DNA of 64,000 nucleotides from contig NIVC01003844.1 of NCBI GenBank assembly GCA_002269645.1, positions 1 to 64,000 of the forward strand, written 5' to 3'. Within the stretch, counting starts at the first letter, position 1, and each line of letters opens with the position of its first letter. Below the pieces are notes generated by a model. That model did not search any database. It was not told the origin of the DNA and worked only from the letters and a program-made list of their open reading frames with translations. The translations under genes were made by a program, and so were the position numbers. Positions 9,851 to 20,934 of this stretch are shown here, piece after piece. This stretch comes from Macrostomum lignano (Eukaryota).

Positions 9851-12800
9851 TTGTTGTTGTTGTTGTTTTGTGGTACGCGCCCAGGCAGAGCTAAGGGCAG
9901 TGTCTGGCCAGCGCTATCAACCCGAGGGGTCGGCGGAAATGCTGCTGATGTCTGTCGTGGGTCCTCCAAGAAGGCGGAGCCTGGTGCCGGCGAGAGCTGG
10001 GCAGTCAAGCCAGTGTTCCAGGTCATCGCAGGGATGGCCGCAGCGGTGACATGCTGGGTCGACGGCCGGGTCGACAATGCTGCGATACGCGTTGAAAAGA
10101 GTGCAGTGACCTGAGCGTAAGCGCGCAAGAAGCACCGCATCGGCACGGTTGGTGATGGAGTCCTCTTCCAATTGACGGTTGAGAAGCCGGTACGCGTGCC
10201 GGGTGCGCTCGTGGCGTATCGGGGGATCGAGGACGGATCTTCTGATGACGTTTTTGGCGCTGTGGATGCTGATCTGACTAGCGGGAGACACGAGCGTGGT
10301 GGCCTCTTTGGCTGCTTGGTCGGCCAGCTCGTTGCCAGGAATATTCTGGTGGCCCGGAACCCACTGCCAGGTGATTTCGGCAGATGCAGTAGGTAGTGCA
10401 GATCTGATTCTGGGGTTGCCGCTGGCCAGAGCGCGGAGCATAGATTGGCTGTCTGAGCAGATGTTGGTAGCCGCGGTGAGAGCAGCTTGGTTGATCCAGC
10501 CGATGGCGAGAGAGGCGGCGCGAAGCTCCTCTTCGAACGAGGATGTGGAGGGCGCGCCGCGCTGTTGAAGAGTCGCCAGGATGATAGGGTGGGCTGGGTC
10601 ACCGGTCGTGACGATGGCTGAGGCGCCGCCATTGGTCGTGCCGCCTGATGCCGAGCCGTCGCAGTAGATGGTGATCAGGCCTGGGAGGTGGCGGATAGTG
10701 TCGATGGCCGTGGCTGTGCGCGCGGGACCGGGTTCCGGCAACGCCATGTCGACACGCACGTCGGTAGAGAAAGGGTCCCAAGGCGGCGGACGAGCAGTGC
10801 AGATCATGGCGCGCGGCGTGACCGAGCTAGCAATGAGTGGCAGCAGGTCGGTGACGTGGTTCCGCCAACTGTTCCTGCGTAGCCTGTGCGCTGTGTTTCC
10901 AGTGGCGGCAATGCGGCACGGGTGAGAATCCGGGAGGCGCTGAGCTCTTTCGAAGGCCGTCAGGCATATAACATTGCTACCAGTGCGGACGGAGCAGATG
11001 CCAGCTTCCAGCCTAAGGGCCTCAACCGGAGTCGTGCGGTGTTGTCCTGTGACAATACGAAGGGCTGCGTTCTGCGCTCTCTCCAGCTGTTGAAACGCGG
11101 ATTCAGAGAGCCAAGGGTGCCAGGCCGGCGCAGCGAAGTTAATGATGCTAAGTTGCATGGCACGGTAAATGCGGAGCAGGAGTTTTTTGGACCATCCCCA
11201 TTCCTTGGAGGCCAGGCAGGCGAGGAGACGGCATCGGGAAGTGGTCCGATTGCACACGTGCTCCAGATGACTGCGGAAACTCAGAGTGCGGTCCAGTGTG
11301 AGGCCCAGCAGCCGAGGCGTTGGATTGTGCCGCAGGTTCCGGCCTTCGATAGAGATAGCCGGGGACCAGGCGGCTTCGCTGGTGTCCGTGGAGAAAAAGG
11401 CGGCCTCGCTTTTGTCTGGGTTTAGGACCATTTTGTGCTCATTGCTCCAGCGGGCCACGTTGTCGAGTGCTCTTTGCACAGTGCGTTGAGCCTCGAGCTT
11501 GTTGCGGTGGCGGCGCGGAGGGCGATGTCGTCGGCATACATGGAGATCTCTGCCGGCGGGTTGACCACGTCATTGACCGTGTCAATGAAAATAAGGAAGA
11601 GAAACGGAGCGATGACCGATCCTTGCGGGAGGCCCTGGCGCATGATAACCGGTGAGCTGCGAGCACCGTGGAGTTGCACGCGGGCAATGCGATGGCGCAA
11701 AAAGGCCGCAGTCCATTTGATAAAGACAAGAGGGACGCGTTTGCGTGCCATAACGGTGATGAGGCGCTCACGCCACACTTTGTCAAAGGCTTTACAAAAA
11801 TCAAGCAGAGCAATGATCGTGCGTTCAGATGGTTTGAGGTTCATCCCGTCGCTGATGTCTTGGGTGACTCTCAGGAGCTGATCCTCGCAGGAGTAGTTGG
11901 CCCGAAACCCCGCCTGGTTCGGGGAGATCAGCCGTGGCGCTCAGCCAGGTGGTGCAATCTAGTGACCAGGATGCGCTCGAGCAGCTTGACAATACAGATG
12001 TGAGGCTGATGGGGCGAAAGGCCGCGATGTCCCGAGCCGACTTTCCAGCCTTGAGGCAGGGAATAATAATCGCGGTGCGCCAGGATTGAGCGACGGCCGC
12101 GTGCTGGAAGGACCAGTTGAAGAGACTAAGCAGCTCTGCGCGGGCGAGCGGGCCAAGGGCCTTAATGAACCGAGCGTGACCTCGTCGGCGCCAGCAGCGC
12201 CGTTAGCACGCTGGTGTTGGATGGCTGAGTCCAGTTCCTGCTCGGTGATGGCGGCGTAACCGTCGTGGATCGAACCTGGGAGCGGAAGGGGAACCGAAGG
12301 ATGGCTTTGGCTTCTCGGATAGTAGCGCGATCCGAATGGGAAATGTGGTACCTGCTGACAGAGGCGTACTGCTTGGCAAAGGCGTTGGCTTTGTCTCTAG
12401 GGTCTGTTAACACTTTGTTGCCGACCTGGAGGCCTCATTAGGGCAGTTGGAGTCCGGAGTGCCGTTAAGGCTGCGGATGAACTTCCACGCCTTGTTCGAG
12501 TTGGGCTCTTCTCAAGATCGGTTATCGTGTCACGCCAAGCAGCCTCTTTCGTTGCCCTGGCAATTTTGAACGTTGGCGCAGGCGCTGAGCCAATCTTCTC
12601 TATTCTCGCCAACGGAGCGCCTGAGGCGGTTACGGAGCTTAATCGCCGCTTTGAGTTCAGGGTGAGCCAGGGACGCGGTCTGTGCGAGGTACGGACTTTG
12701 CCGATGCAAAGGTTTGCCGCTTGCATGACTATATCATTAAAGCGTTTGGCTCTGGCGTCAAAGGTAAGATGCTCTTTGTGAAGGGCTTTAAATTTGTCCT

Positions 12801-14465
12801 CGACGACCGTTTGGAAAGCATTCCAGTCGACCCCTTGTTTGCGCCATATGAGACGGCTTTGGGCCTTAGGCAAGGTCCTAACCTTGAGGTCAAGGCGGAT
12901 CACAATCGGCGTGTGATCACTGCCGAGGTCATCGGAGACTTGCCAGGTGCATTTGCTAGCCAGCTTTGAGGAGGCGAAGGACACATCCGGTGAGCTTTCG
13001 CCACCTGTGGCTTTATTGACTCTGGTGGGCGAGCCGTCGTTAAGGATTTCCAGTTGCGTGTCGATGGACCAGTCCAGGAGCGTGGAGCCTCGTTCGTCCT
13101 GGGGCTGTATAGGGTCCCAGGCCGGAGAGTGGCTGTTGAAGTCTCCTAGGATGATGCCCTGAGACGGAGTGCCCAGGTGATTCCAGTCCGGAAGCTGTCG
13201 ATCCTCGACGCAGGTGCGAACAGGTGGAGCATAGACGTTGGTGATGGTAATCCAGTTAGCGGTAGATATCTGGATGTCGACCGTCTGGATTTCCATGTCC
13301 GCTGTGGCCGTGGGTTGCGGGGACGAGCGGAAGGCCAGCTTGTCTCTGATGAGAAGCAGCAGACCTCCACCGCTGCCGTCGCCGCGGTCTTTGCGCACGG
13401 CGATGTACCCGTTGATCTTTGGCAGCTGCGTGCGGTTGGAGAGCTTCGTTTCTTGGACAGCTGCAATGTCGATATCGCTGTCGGAGAGGCGTTCGGCCAG
13501 CTCGGGCAGTTTGGAGGCGATTCCGTCGGCGTTCCACTGGAAGACGGAGGCTGTCGGCAAATTTAGTGTCGCGGGCGACCTTGTCCTGCAGGGGACGCGC
13601 GACGTAGCTGCCGAAGGGGCGGGAGCTCCTTGGGTGCGCGCTGTGCAAACTGGGCAGTCCCAAGGGCTGCGAGCCGCGGCATCCGCGGCGTTGCGATTAA
13701 GGCCGGTGCAGCACTTGTGGTAAGCGGCGCTGCAGGAGTTGCACTTGACAAACGCGACGCCGCGGCGAATGGCGGTCGAGCATTTAGCACAGTAGCGGCG
13801 CTGGGCGTCGCTTGGATCGTTCAGATCTCTGTCGGTAGTGGGATCAGCTTGTCTGCGGGTAAGAGCAGGGCGGCGGAAGATGGAGTGTGCGCCTGGAAGT
13901 TGGACCGCCTGCTGCCGATGCAGAGGGCAGAGCCAGCTGGGGGCGCCACGATACCGCGAGATGTGGCTGCAGTTGCTGGAGCGGTGGCAGGCCAGAGCGC
14001 AACCTTTGGCAGCGCAAGTGAGCGGAGTAGTGCCAGTGCGGATGGGCCCTGAGCAGCTGTGACAGCGCGTTGGCTGAGACATGCGGGGCTCGGGTGCCGG
14101 GAGGTCACGCAGGTGCGCAGCGGATGCCGAGTCCAATTCAAGGGGGCGGTGCACAGAGCAGCGCCACGGAGATCGGACAATCTCGGCGCGGTGCATACCG
14201 CTGCATTTCTTCTGACAGTGACAGCGCTCGAACATTCTGGGACCTCACATGGCAGGCTGTGCATGCCCGTGCGGATTGGGCCGTTGCATGAGTTGCAGGC
14301 TGGGCCGGGATTAGTTTCGATGTCCCGGCGAGCGTAGTGAGGGCGAGCGCAAAGAGGACGAGGCGGGACAGATAGACAGCAGCAAAACAACCGGTCTCCC
14401 TGCCAGCCGTGCCGAAGGCACGCGAGGGCAGATGGGTTGAAGACCACGACTTAGGAGCTTTGGTG
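9851..14465 (-). mobile_element. Ingi-like (I group) LINE, near full length: 2A-like peptide, three PHD-like fingers, APE endonuclease, RT, RNase H, C-terminal zinc finger, (CAA)n tail; several frameshifts
   Basis: 15-bp TSD TTGCTGCTGCTGCTG at 9836-9850 and 14466-14480. Motifs: DIETNPGP; QWNADG/QETKL/GDFN/SDH (APE); QGS and YADD (RT); YCDGS/EL/SDS/WVPGH/GNELAD (RNase H); CHRC...HWLDC. Confidence 0.9.
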
Positions 14466-14534
14466 TTGCTGCTGCTGCTGCTGGTGGCCCTCCTGCATGG
14501 CCTGTCGACGCTTCCCCGAGAGCAGCAGCTGCCG
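14466..14534 (-). pseudogene. Upstream ICL3 portion of the same GPCR, running into the gap
   Basis: RQLLLSGKRRQAMQEGHQQQQQQ joins in frame to KQSADDTNSSMTRMML when the LINE and one TSD copy are removed. Confidence 0.7.
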
Positions 14535-14979
14535 NNNNNNNNNNNNNNNNNNNNNNNNNNNNNNNNNNNNNNNNNNNNNNNNNNNNNNNNNNNNNNNNNN
14601 NNNNNNNNNNNNNNNNNNNNNNNNNNNNNNNNNNNNNNNNNNNNNNNNNNNNNNNNNNNNNNNNNNNNNNNNNNNNNNNNNNNNNNNNNNNNNNNNNNNN
14701 NNNNNNNNNNNNNNNNNNNNNNNNNNNNNNNNNNNNNNNNNNNNNNNNNNNNNNNNNNNNNNNNNNNNNNNNNNNNNNNNNNNNNNNNNNNNNNNNNNNN
14801 NNNNNNNNNNNNNNNNNNNNNNNNNNNNNNNNNNNNNNNNNNNNNNNNNNNNNNNNNNNNNNNNNNNNNNNNNNNNNNNNNNNNNNNNNNNNNNNNNNNN
14901 NNNNNNNNNNNNNNNNNNNNNNNNNNNNNNNNNNNNNNNNNNNNNNNNNNNNNNNNNNNNNNNNNNNNNNNNNNNNNNN
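14535..14979. other. Assembly gap (445 N)
   Basis: Run of n. Confidence 1.
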
Positions 14980-15050
14980 AGGATCGCAGATAGGTTTAGT
15001 AGGCCTCTCATCTGTACCCGAAAGATTCGAGATTAAATCACCCCAGAATT
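14980..15050 (-). mobile_element. Continuation of the R2-like ORF beyond the RTE insertion
   Basis: Reads KFWGDLISNLSGTDERPTKPICDP, in frame with NNISVEEYT on the other side of the RTE element. Confidence 0.65.
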
Positions 15051-15063
15051 TAGTATATTCTTC

Positions 15064-18000
15064 TTCTTCTTCTTCTTCTTCCACCTTTTTTTCGCCTCCC
15101 GGCGTAGGTGGCACCCTGTGTCTCGGACGTTTCCTCTTCTTCTGTTACTCGCCGCATGCACTCTCTCGTGCCGTGCCATGTTGGTTGCTGACAGCCATCT
15201 CTTACAGTATCGACATTCTGCTCTCTTCCTTTTGTGGATCCTTGCTATCATTCTCGCCGCTTCGTCGTTCGTCTTCGGTCCTTCCATTGCATGGGGCTCC
15301 TCCGCGCACTTCTTCCTGTGTCTTGCGTAGTTAGTCTTACTGATCCACGTTTTACAGTCGTTACACTCTCTTCTTGTGCCTTCCGTCCTGCCTCCCGTGC
15401 ACCATTTCTCGTGATTCTTTCTTGTCGCTTCCGTTCTGAACTCGCTGTTGCATCTCTCGCATCTCATTCTTATGCCCGTATCGGTCTTGTGCATTCTTTT
15501 CTGGTGGATGGCTAAGCCTCCTCTCGATCTGCATACTTTTCCGCAGTTCTTTTCCCAACACCTGAAACCTGTCAGTTCGTTTTCATCCATTTGAGTGCTG
15601 TTGAGCTGGTTTTGTTCCTCTCGTCCTTCGTCGTCTCTTTCTGCACCTTTGCATCTCAGCCGTTCGATCTTTTCCCACTCGACGTCTCTTTTCCTGATGA
15701 TCTCTTTCCACTTGATCTTGTCGTTCGCGTATTGTCCTACCTTGAGTGGGTCGAGTTTTGTTTTCCGGACCAGCTTTTTCCAGTAGGTGATAATTGTAGT
15801 TCTTCTCTTCTTCGGTCTTCTTATTTTCTCTATCCTTTTATTCCATCCCATCACGCAGATCTTTGTGAGGCTGGTATCCGGTAGTCTTAGGACGTGACCC
15901 ATTCGTCTCCAGTGTGCGATCTCAATTTTTCTCTGGATACTTTTAATTCCAAGAGATCGTCTTACGTCCCACATGTTCACTTGCTTTTCTTCCATTTCAC
16001 GTAGAGGTTCCTTGGTTTTACTGCTCCAGATAAAGCGGTAGCATTTGTCTATTGTTCTTTGCAGTTGATTTACTTCGCCTTGCTTGAACGGTCTCGCCCC
16101 TGCGTTGAACGTCATCGTGCTTTCCACACATGCCTCTATCACTCTCGCCTGGGTTCGTTTACTCAATCTTGTTCTCCTGAGTCTTTTCTTGACTTTAGCC
16201 TATGCGTTTGTTGCTCTTTGCAGTCTCTGGTGGATGTCTTCTTTGCTGCCAAGCCATACACCCAACATCCGGATCTTATTACTTTCCTCTGTTCCCAAAA
16301 TTGCTGTCTCTTCTTTCTCATCGTTCGTTCTCTCTTCCAACCATCCATGACTTCCTTCACCGTCTTTGTACCTTCCTCGATCTCCTTCTTCTCGCCTATC
16401 ACTGTGGTGTCGTCTGCGAAAAGTGACCAGGTGATCCGTGTGGTGATTGATTCTTCCGTGAACTGGTAGTTTCTCTGTGGGGGCAGGTCATTGCGTGGTA
16501 GGTATGTCCATTCGATACCTATTTCCAGACCCTCGCTTGCTGCTTTGATTTTTCTTTCGGTCTCGGCTGCTCGCATGACCGCCTGGTGGTAGATATTGAA
16601 AAGCACTGGCGAGGTCGCACATCCTTCTCGCAGTCCTCTCTGGGGAAAGAATGTCTGGCTGTTCTCGTCCTCGGTGTGTATCTTGTAGGCGGTGTTTTCG
16701 TGCAGGTCTTTAAGTTTATCAATCATCTTCTCTGGCATCCCGTGGTGTGCCAACAGTTTCCATAATGCTGGCTTATTCACTCTTGGGTAGGCTTTTTCAG
16801 GTTTTTCCTCGTTGTTTTCGTCGTTTTCTTCACTTTCCTCGTTCTCCGTGTTTGCTCGTGCTTCCCTCATCAGTGTTGCGTCTTCTTGGAGTCTCAGGAT
16901 AATCTGGGTGGCGTCCATTGTCGATCTGTTACGCCTGAAGCCTGCTTGATTTTCGTCTAGGCACTCGGTTTCCTCCGCCGACTTGTTAATTCGGGTTGCG
17001 ATTATTCTCGCCAGTATTCTGCTTGTGATTGGAAGTAGGCATACTCCTCGGTAATTGTTCAGATTCTTTTTGTCACCCTTCTTATGCAGAGGGATTATTA
17101 GACCAAGTTTTTGGCTCTCTCTCCACTTCTTTGCTGGTTCTTCCCAGAGTCTCGTAATCTCGGTGAAACATTCTTCTTTTACGGTTTCGTTTGCCGCCCT
17201 GGTGTAGATTTGTCTAACTTCATCCTCTCCGGGTGCTCCATTCTTCATCTTGTTCAACTCTCTCTCGAATTCTGTCTTAGTGATGGGTTCGATCAGGGCT
17301 GTGTTTGCTATCCTTCGCACTTCTTCGGTCACTTGAGGCTTTTCAAGCGCGTCAATCCTGGTCATCATGGTCGTTGGGTCGTTCTCGAAGCGATCTTTCT
17401 GCACTAATTCGAGGTGTTCTTTGAAATCGCTTGCACTGAACAGATCTTTCCCCCTGCTTTGGTTTTGGTTTCCCATCTCCGTTATACCCATTTCTTTGAG
17501 GTTTTCGTACATCCCTGCGATATTTCCTTTCTCGCAATTTTCTTTGCACTTTTGAGCAAGTCTGTCCCACCAGTCCTCCTCCCACTGCGTAAGTTTCTCG
17601 TTCTTCTTCCTTTTCTCACGGAGTTCTTGCTTCTTTGTTTCCAGGTTTCTTCTGTCTTCTTCGCTTCGCGTTTCTAGCCATCTGCGGTTTGCTTCGTTTC
17701 TCTCCTTCAGTGCGTCTTTGATGCCTAAGTTAAGTACCCTTAGTTCACCTTCCTTCCCGGCAAGCCATGGGTTTGTTTGTCTTTTCTTGATTCCGCATAC
17801 GGCCTCTGCTGTCTTCACTAGGTTTGCCTCCATTGTTTCCCATTGGTTCTCTCTTGTTTTCTGGTACGTTTCTTTTGCGAATCTTTCTCGTATTTCAACT
17901 TCTCTGAGTTTTTCCCATTCGATCCTCTTCCTCTTTTGCTTCTTTATCGCTGTCGCCTTGTTCTTCTTGATGATCTTCTTGATTTGTTTCGTCAAGTTCG

Positions 18001-19188
18001 GGTGTATCCAAAGGACCTTCGGTAGGTGATCTGATAGCTTCGGGCTGTGGTCCGTGTACACTTTTCTCACGGTCTTGTGCCTCTGGTCTTTTCTTACCAG
18101 GAAACCGTCCAGTTCGTACCATCTCTTCGTTTTTGGGTGTTTCCAAGTGCCCCCTTCTTTTGCTTGAAAAAGGAGCTTGTCCATACCAGGTTCCACTCTT
18201 CCATCCATAGCATTAAATCTATTCCTTGTTCGTTAGCCGTTTGCATGTTACATTTTCCTATGCAGCTGAACGGGGTACCAGATTTCGGGTTCATTCTTGT
18301 GTTGTTGCTTCCTACTGATGCATTGAAGTCGCCCCCGATGAAAATGGCTTTCTTTTGTCTTACCGTTGTCATGAGTCTTTCGAGTTCATTCCGTATTTCT
18401 GAGGTTGTCTTGTCGTAGCCTTCGACGCCTTTGACTGGTTGGTATACCGAGATTAGTATGCAGTCACCTAATTCAATTGCCAGGCTTCTTTCTTGTGGAT
18501 GCATCTTCCTTCCTTCTTTTAACCACAATAGCCATGCTGGTTCTGATAGTAGGATTCCTACTCTTCCGGAGTGAATTAAGTGGCTTGTTCCTTTGTTAGT
18601 CCTATACTCCCTGATTCCCACTTTGGTTTCTTGGGTTTCCGTGATTAAGGTAATTTGCCATTTATAGGCTGTCTTTACGATTTCGCCAAACCTTGCCGAT
18701 CCGATGTTGGCTCGCTGTACATTCCAGGTTGCAATCTTTATCCTTGCTTCTTTCCATTCCGATTCTGCTTCTTCGGTTTTCTGTTTTATTTGTTTTTCTT
18801 TTCTTTTCTTTCTTCTTAGTGTTCTCCTCTTATTTCTTGCTCTTCTTTGATCTGCGTTCCTAGGTCCTGGATTATTCTCAATGGTGCACAGGTCCTTCTC
18901 AATCCTTGTCTTAACCGATCTCTCCGATTCTTTTCCTAGTTCTCCTTCCTCTTCCTCGTCCGAGTTGGCACTAGGGTGCCTCACTTTTTTGTTGTTTATA
19001 GAGGTGTGGACCGTGGTTAGTGGGCCACCACTCTGTTGAAGAGGGTTTCGTCCACGGACCTCAGGTGTTACTCTGAGTCCGCGGGCTCTTCCCCCCCCCT
19101 TTTTGGCTTCTTCTTTGCCAGCCGATTTCTCGGGCAGTCCGCTTGGCACTTGTGCGTCTGCACGAAAGTGGGAAGCCGTTCGCCAAGC
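15064..19188 (-). mobile_element. RTE-like LINE: APE, RT, four C-terminal C2H2/C2HC-like fingers, (GAA)n tail; frameshifted
   Basis: 13-bp TSD TAGTATATTCTTC at 15051-15063 and 19189-19201. Motifs: ATWNV, TETQE, GDFNA, SDH, QAGFR, GLREGCATSPVLFNIY, LFADD; fingers CWEKNC...HQKRMH, CERC...HEKWC, CNDC...HRKKC, CRYC...HERVH. Confidence 0.88.
19105..19188 (-). ncRNA. Candidate HDV-like ribozyme at the exact 5' end of the RTE-like LINE (atypical L3)
   Basis: P1 GCTTGGC (19188-19182) pairs with GCCAAGC (19147-19141), followed by GG; P2 GGCTTC/GAAGCC; P4 hairpin with a GAAA loop. Confidence 0.45.
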
Positions 19189-19201
19189 TAGTATATTCTT
19201 C

Positions 19202-20934
19202 AACGCTAATGTTGTTTCGTCTTCCTCGCCCAATTTTTCCAAGCCCCTGTGAAGACCGATTCTGCTGCTCTCTTTTTATTTTTTCGTAAATCCTATGCAT
19301 TTCTGCAAAGGCTCTACGCCTTTTTTCCTTCTTTTTTGGCTTTTTTGATTTTTCGTTTTTTCATAATAGGTTTCTTGGTTCCAGGACCCGTAGGTAGTAA
19401 TTTCTCGATTAGGTTACAGGTAGCTTCATTTCCCCTCTTCTAAGAGCTTGCAGATAACATTGCAATACTCACCAAGTTCCACGCACTTATTTTTTCTAAG
19501 CCAGGCAATAATATGTTCATTATTGTCGCTACTAACACCTTTGGAATAACAGCTGTTCTTAGGAATAGTAGTCTGCTGATCTATGCCATTGTTTTCAAAA
19601 CTTTCTTCTGAGTCTGAGCCCCAAATTTTGTTTTTAACTTCTTCTGGAATGTCATGCTTAGCGAAATCGGTATTTCCGTTCTTACTAGATGAACTAACAG
19701 CTTAAATCTGGCCACCTTCATGACCTACCAAGTCAAGCTCCGGCAGGTGGCCGGCGGACACCGGACCCAAATCCTGACCAGACGCCAAGCTGCCAGTTAC
19801 ATCGTCGTTTTTGTATTGACTTTTTTTGGAATTTTCGGAATTTTTTGTTAAATTCGACTTATTTGAGTAGCCATCGACCTCACCTGACTCAAAGATAGTG
19901 GGCATGGCACCCGGACCCTTAGGATTCGTATCCCGGCCACTGTCTATGGTCTCACCCCCTGCCTCTGTTGCTAGGTCTTCTTTTTTGTTGGTTTTCTGAG
20001 TTGTATTCGCTTTTTTTGTTTTCTTGGTTGGCTTCTGTCTTACTAGTTACTTTGTACTTCTCGCTAGGTCTTTTTCAGTCTTTTCTAGTCTTTTTTCAAA
20101 TTGCTTCCTTCTAACCTTCCTCAGCTCATCGACACTACCTCTAACTCCTGTTACGACAGCTATCTGAACTTCTTCTAGAATCTCATCATTCTCGCTAACT
20201 TTATTACGGGCTTCGTTTCTGAGTTTTTCCACAAGTAATTTGTAAGTCTTGGTTCTTTTAGCGCTCTTAATGCTGTCTAGAGTTCTCTCAGGTAATATTT
20301 TCGCTCTCATAACCACGTCGTTTACTGGTACGAAGTTAATATCAAATTTGGCTTCAAAACTAGCTAGTATGTATAATTCCTCATCAGACCATCTTTTTTT
20401 GGTGCCCGGTAGGGCCGAGCATTTTATAGAATGGTAGTAGTCAGGATGAGTCTGTCTTTGATGATTGCTAAGCCCCGCTCTAGTACTAAATTTGCCGTCA
20501 CACTCACTGCAGGCATACCCACCACTGGCCTGACCTATCCCCCTGGAGTGACACCTATTTTGCCCATCAGCAGAGGCCGACAGGTCTGTATCGTTATTTT
20601 TATTCGTAGCAATAGGATGTCACAGAAGACCCGGGCTGCTAACCCAGGCCCCCCGAATTAAACAGTGGAATTAAGCCGCAGCACCGAGGTACGTTTGAAG
20701 AATGAGGGAAGAAAAAAGGCGGAGAGGAAGAAGCTGAAAAGAGAGGATGAAGGGAGTGATGTGGACTAAGAAAGGTTGAGGAAGCCAGATTGAAGATGAG
20801 AGCAGGAGATGAAGCGGTGAGACAGAACAGAGGAAAGACACGTACCCCGGCACTCCGTTGCCCGACTCTCGCCTCGTGGAGGCATCAAGCACTGTCTGAC
20901 AGGGATTAGCACTACGGCGTCACCAAGACGAGCC
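19202..20934 (-). mobile_element. 5' part of an R2-like (RLE-type) non-LTR element: 5' ribozyme, C2H2 zinc finger, Myb domain, pre-RT segment; frameshifted
   Basis: YACSECDGKFSTRAGLSNHQRQTHPDYY (20511-20446); KKRWSDEELYILASFE...LPERTLDSIKSAKRTKTYK; RRRAFAEMHRIYEK(fs)NKKRAAESVFTGAW. Confidence 0.8.
20660..20934 (-). ncRNA. HDV-like (nested double-pseudoknot) ribozyme candidate in the 5' UTR of the R2-like element
   Basis: P1 GGCTCGT/GAGAGTC (6 of 7 pairs); P2 AGACAGTG/CACTGTTT; P3 GCC/GGC with L3 TCCACGA; GG for P1.1; P4 GTGCCGGGGTACG/CGTACCTCGGTGC around a pyrimidine-rich insert; J4/2 GGCTTAA. Confidence 0.6.

Noticed and set aside
9800-14300. Many overlapping plus-strand and off-frame ORFs
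   Set aside because: GC-rich antisense or off-frame shadows of the LINE ORF.
14311-15114. ORFs spanning the N run
   Set aside because: Artefacts of the assembly gap.
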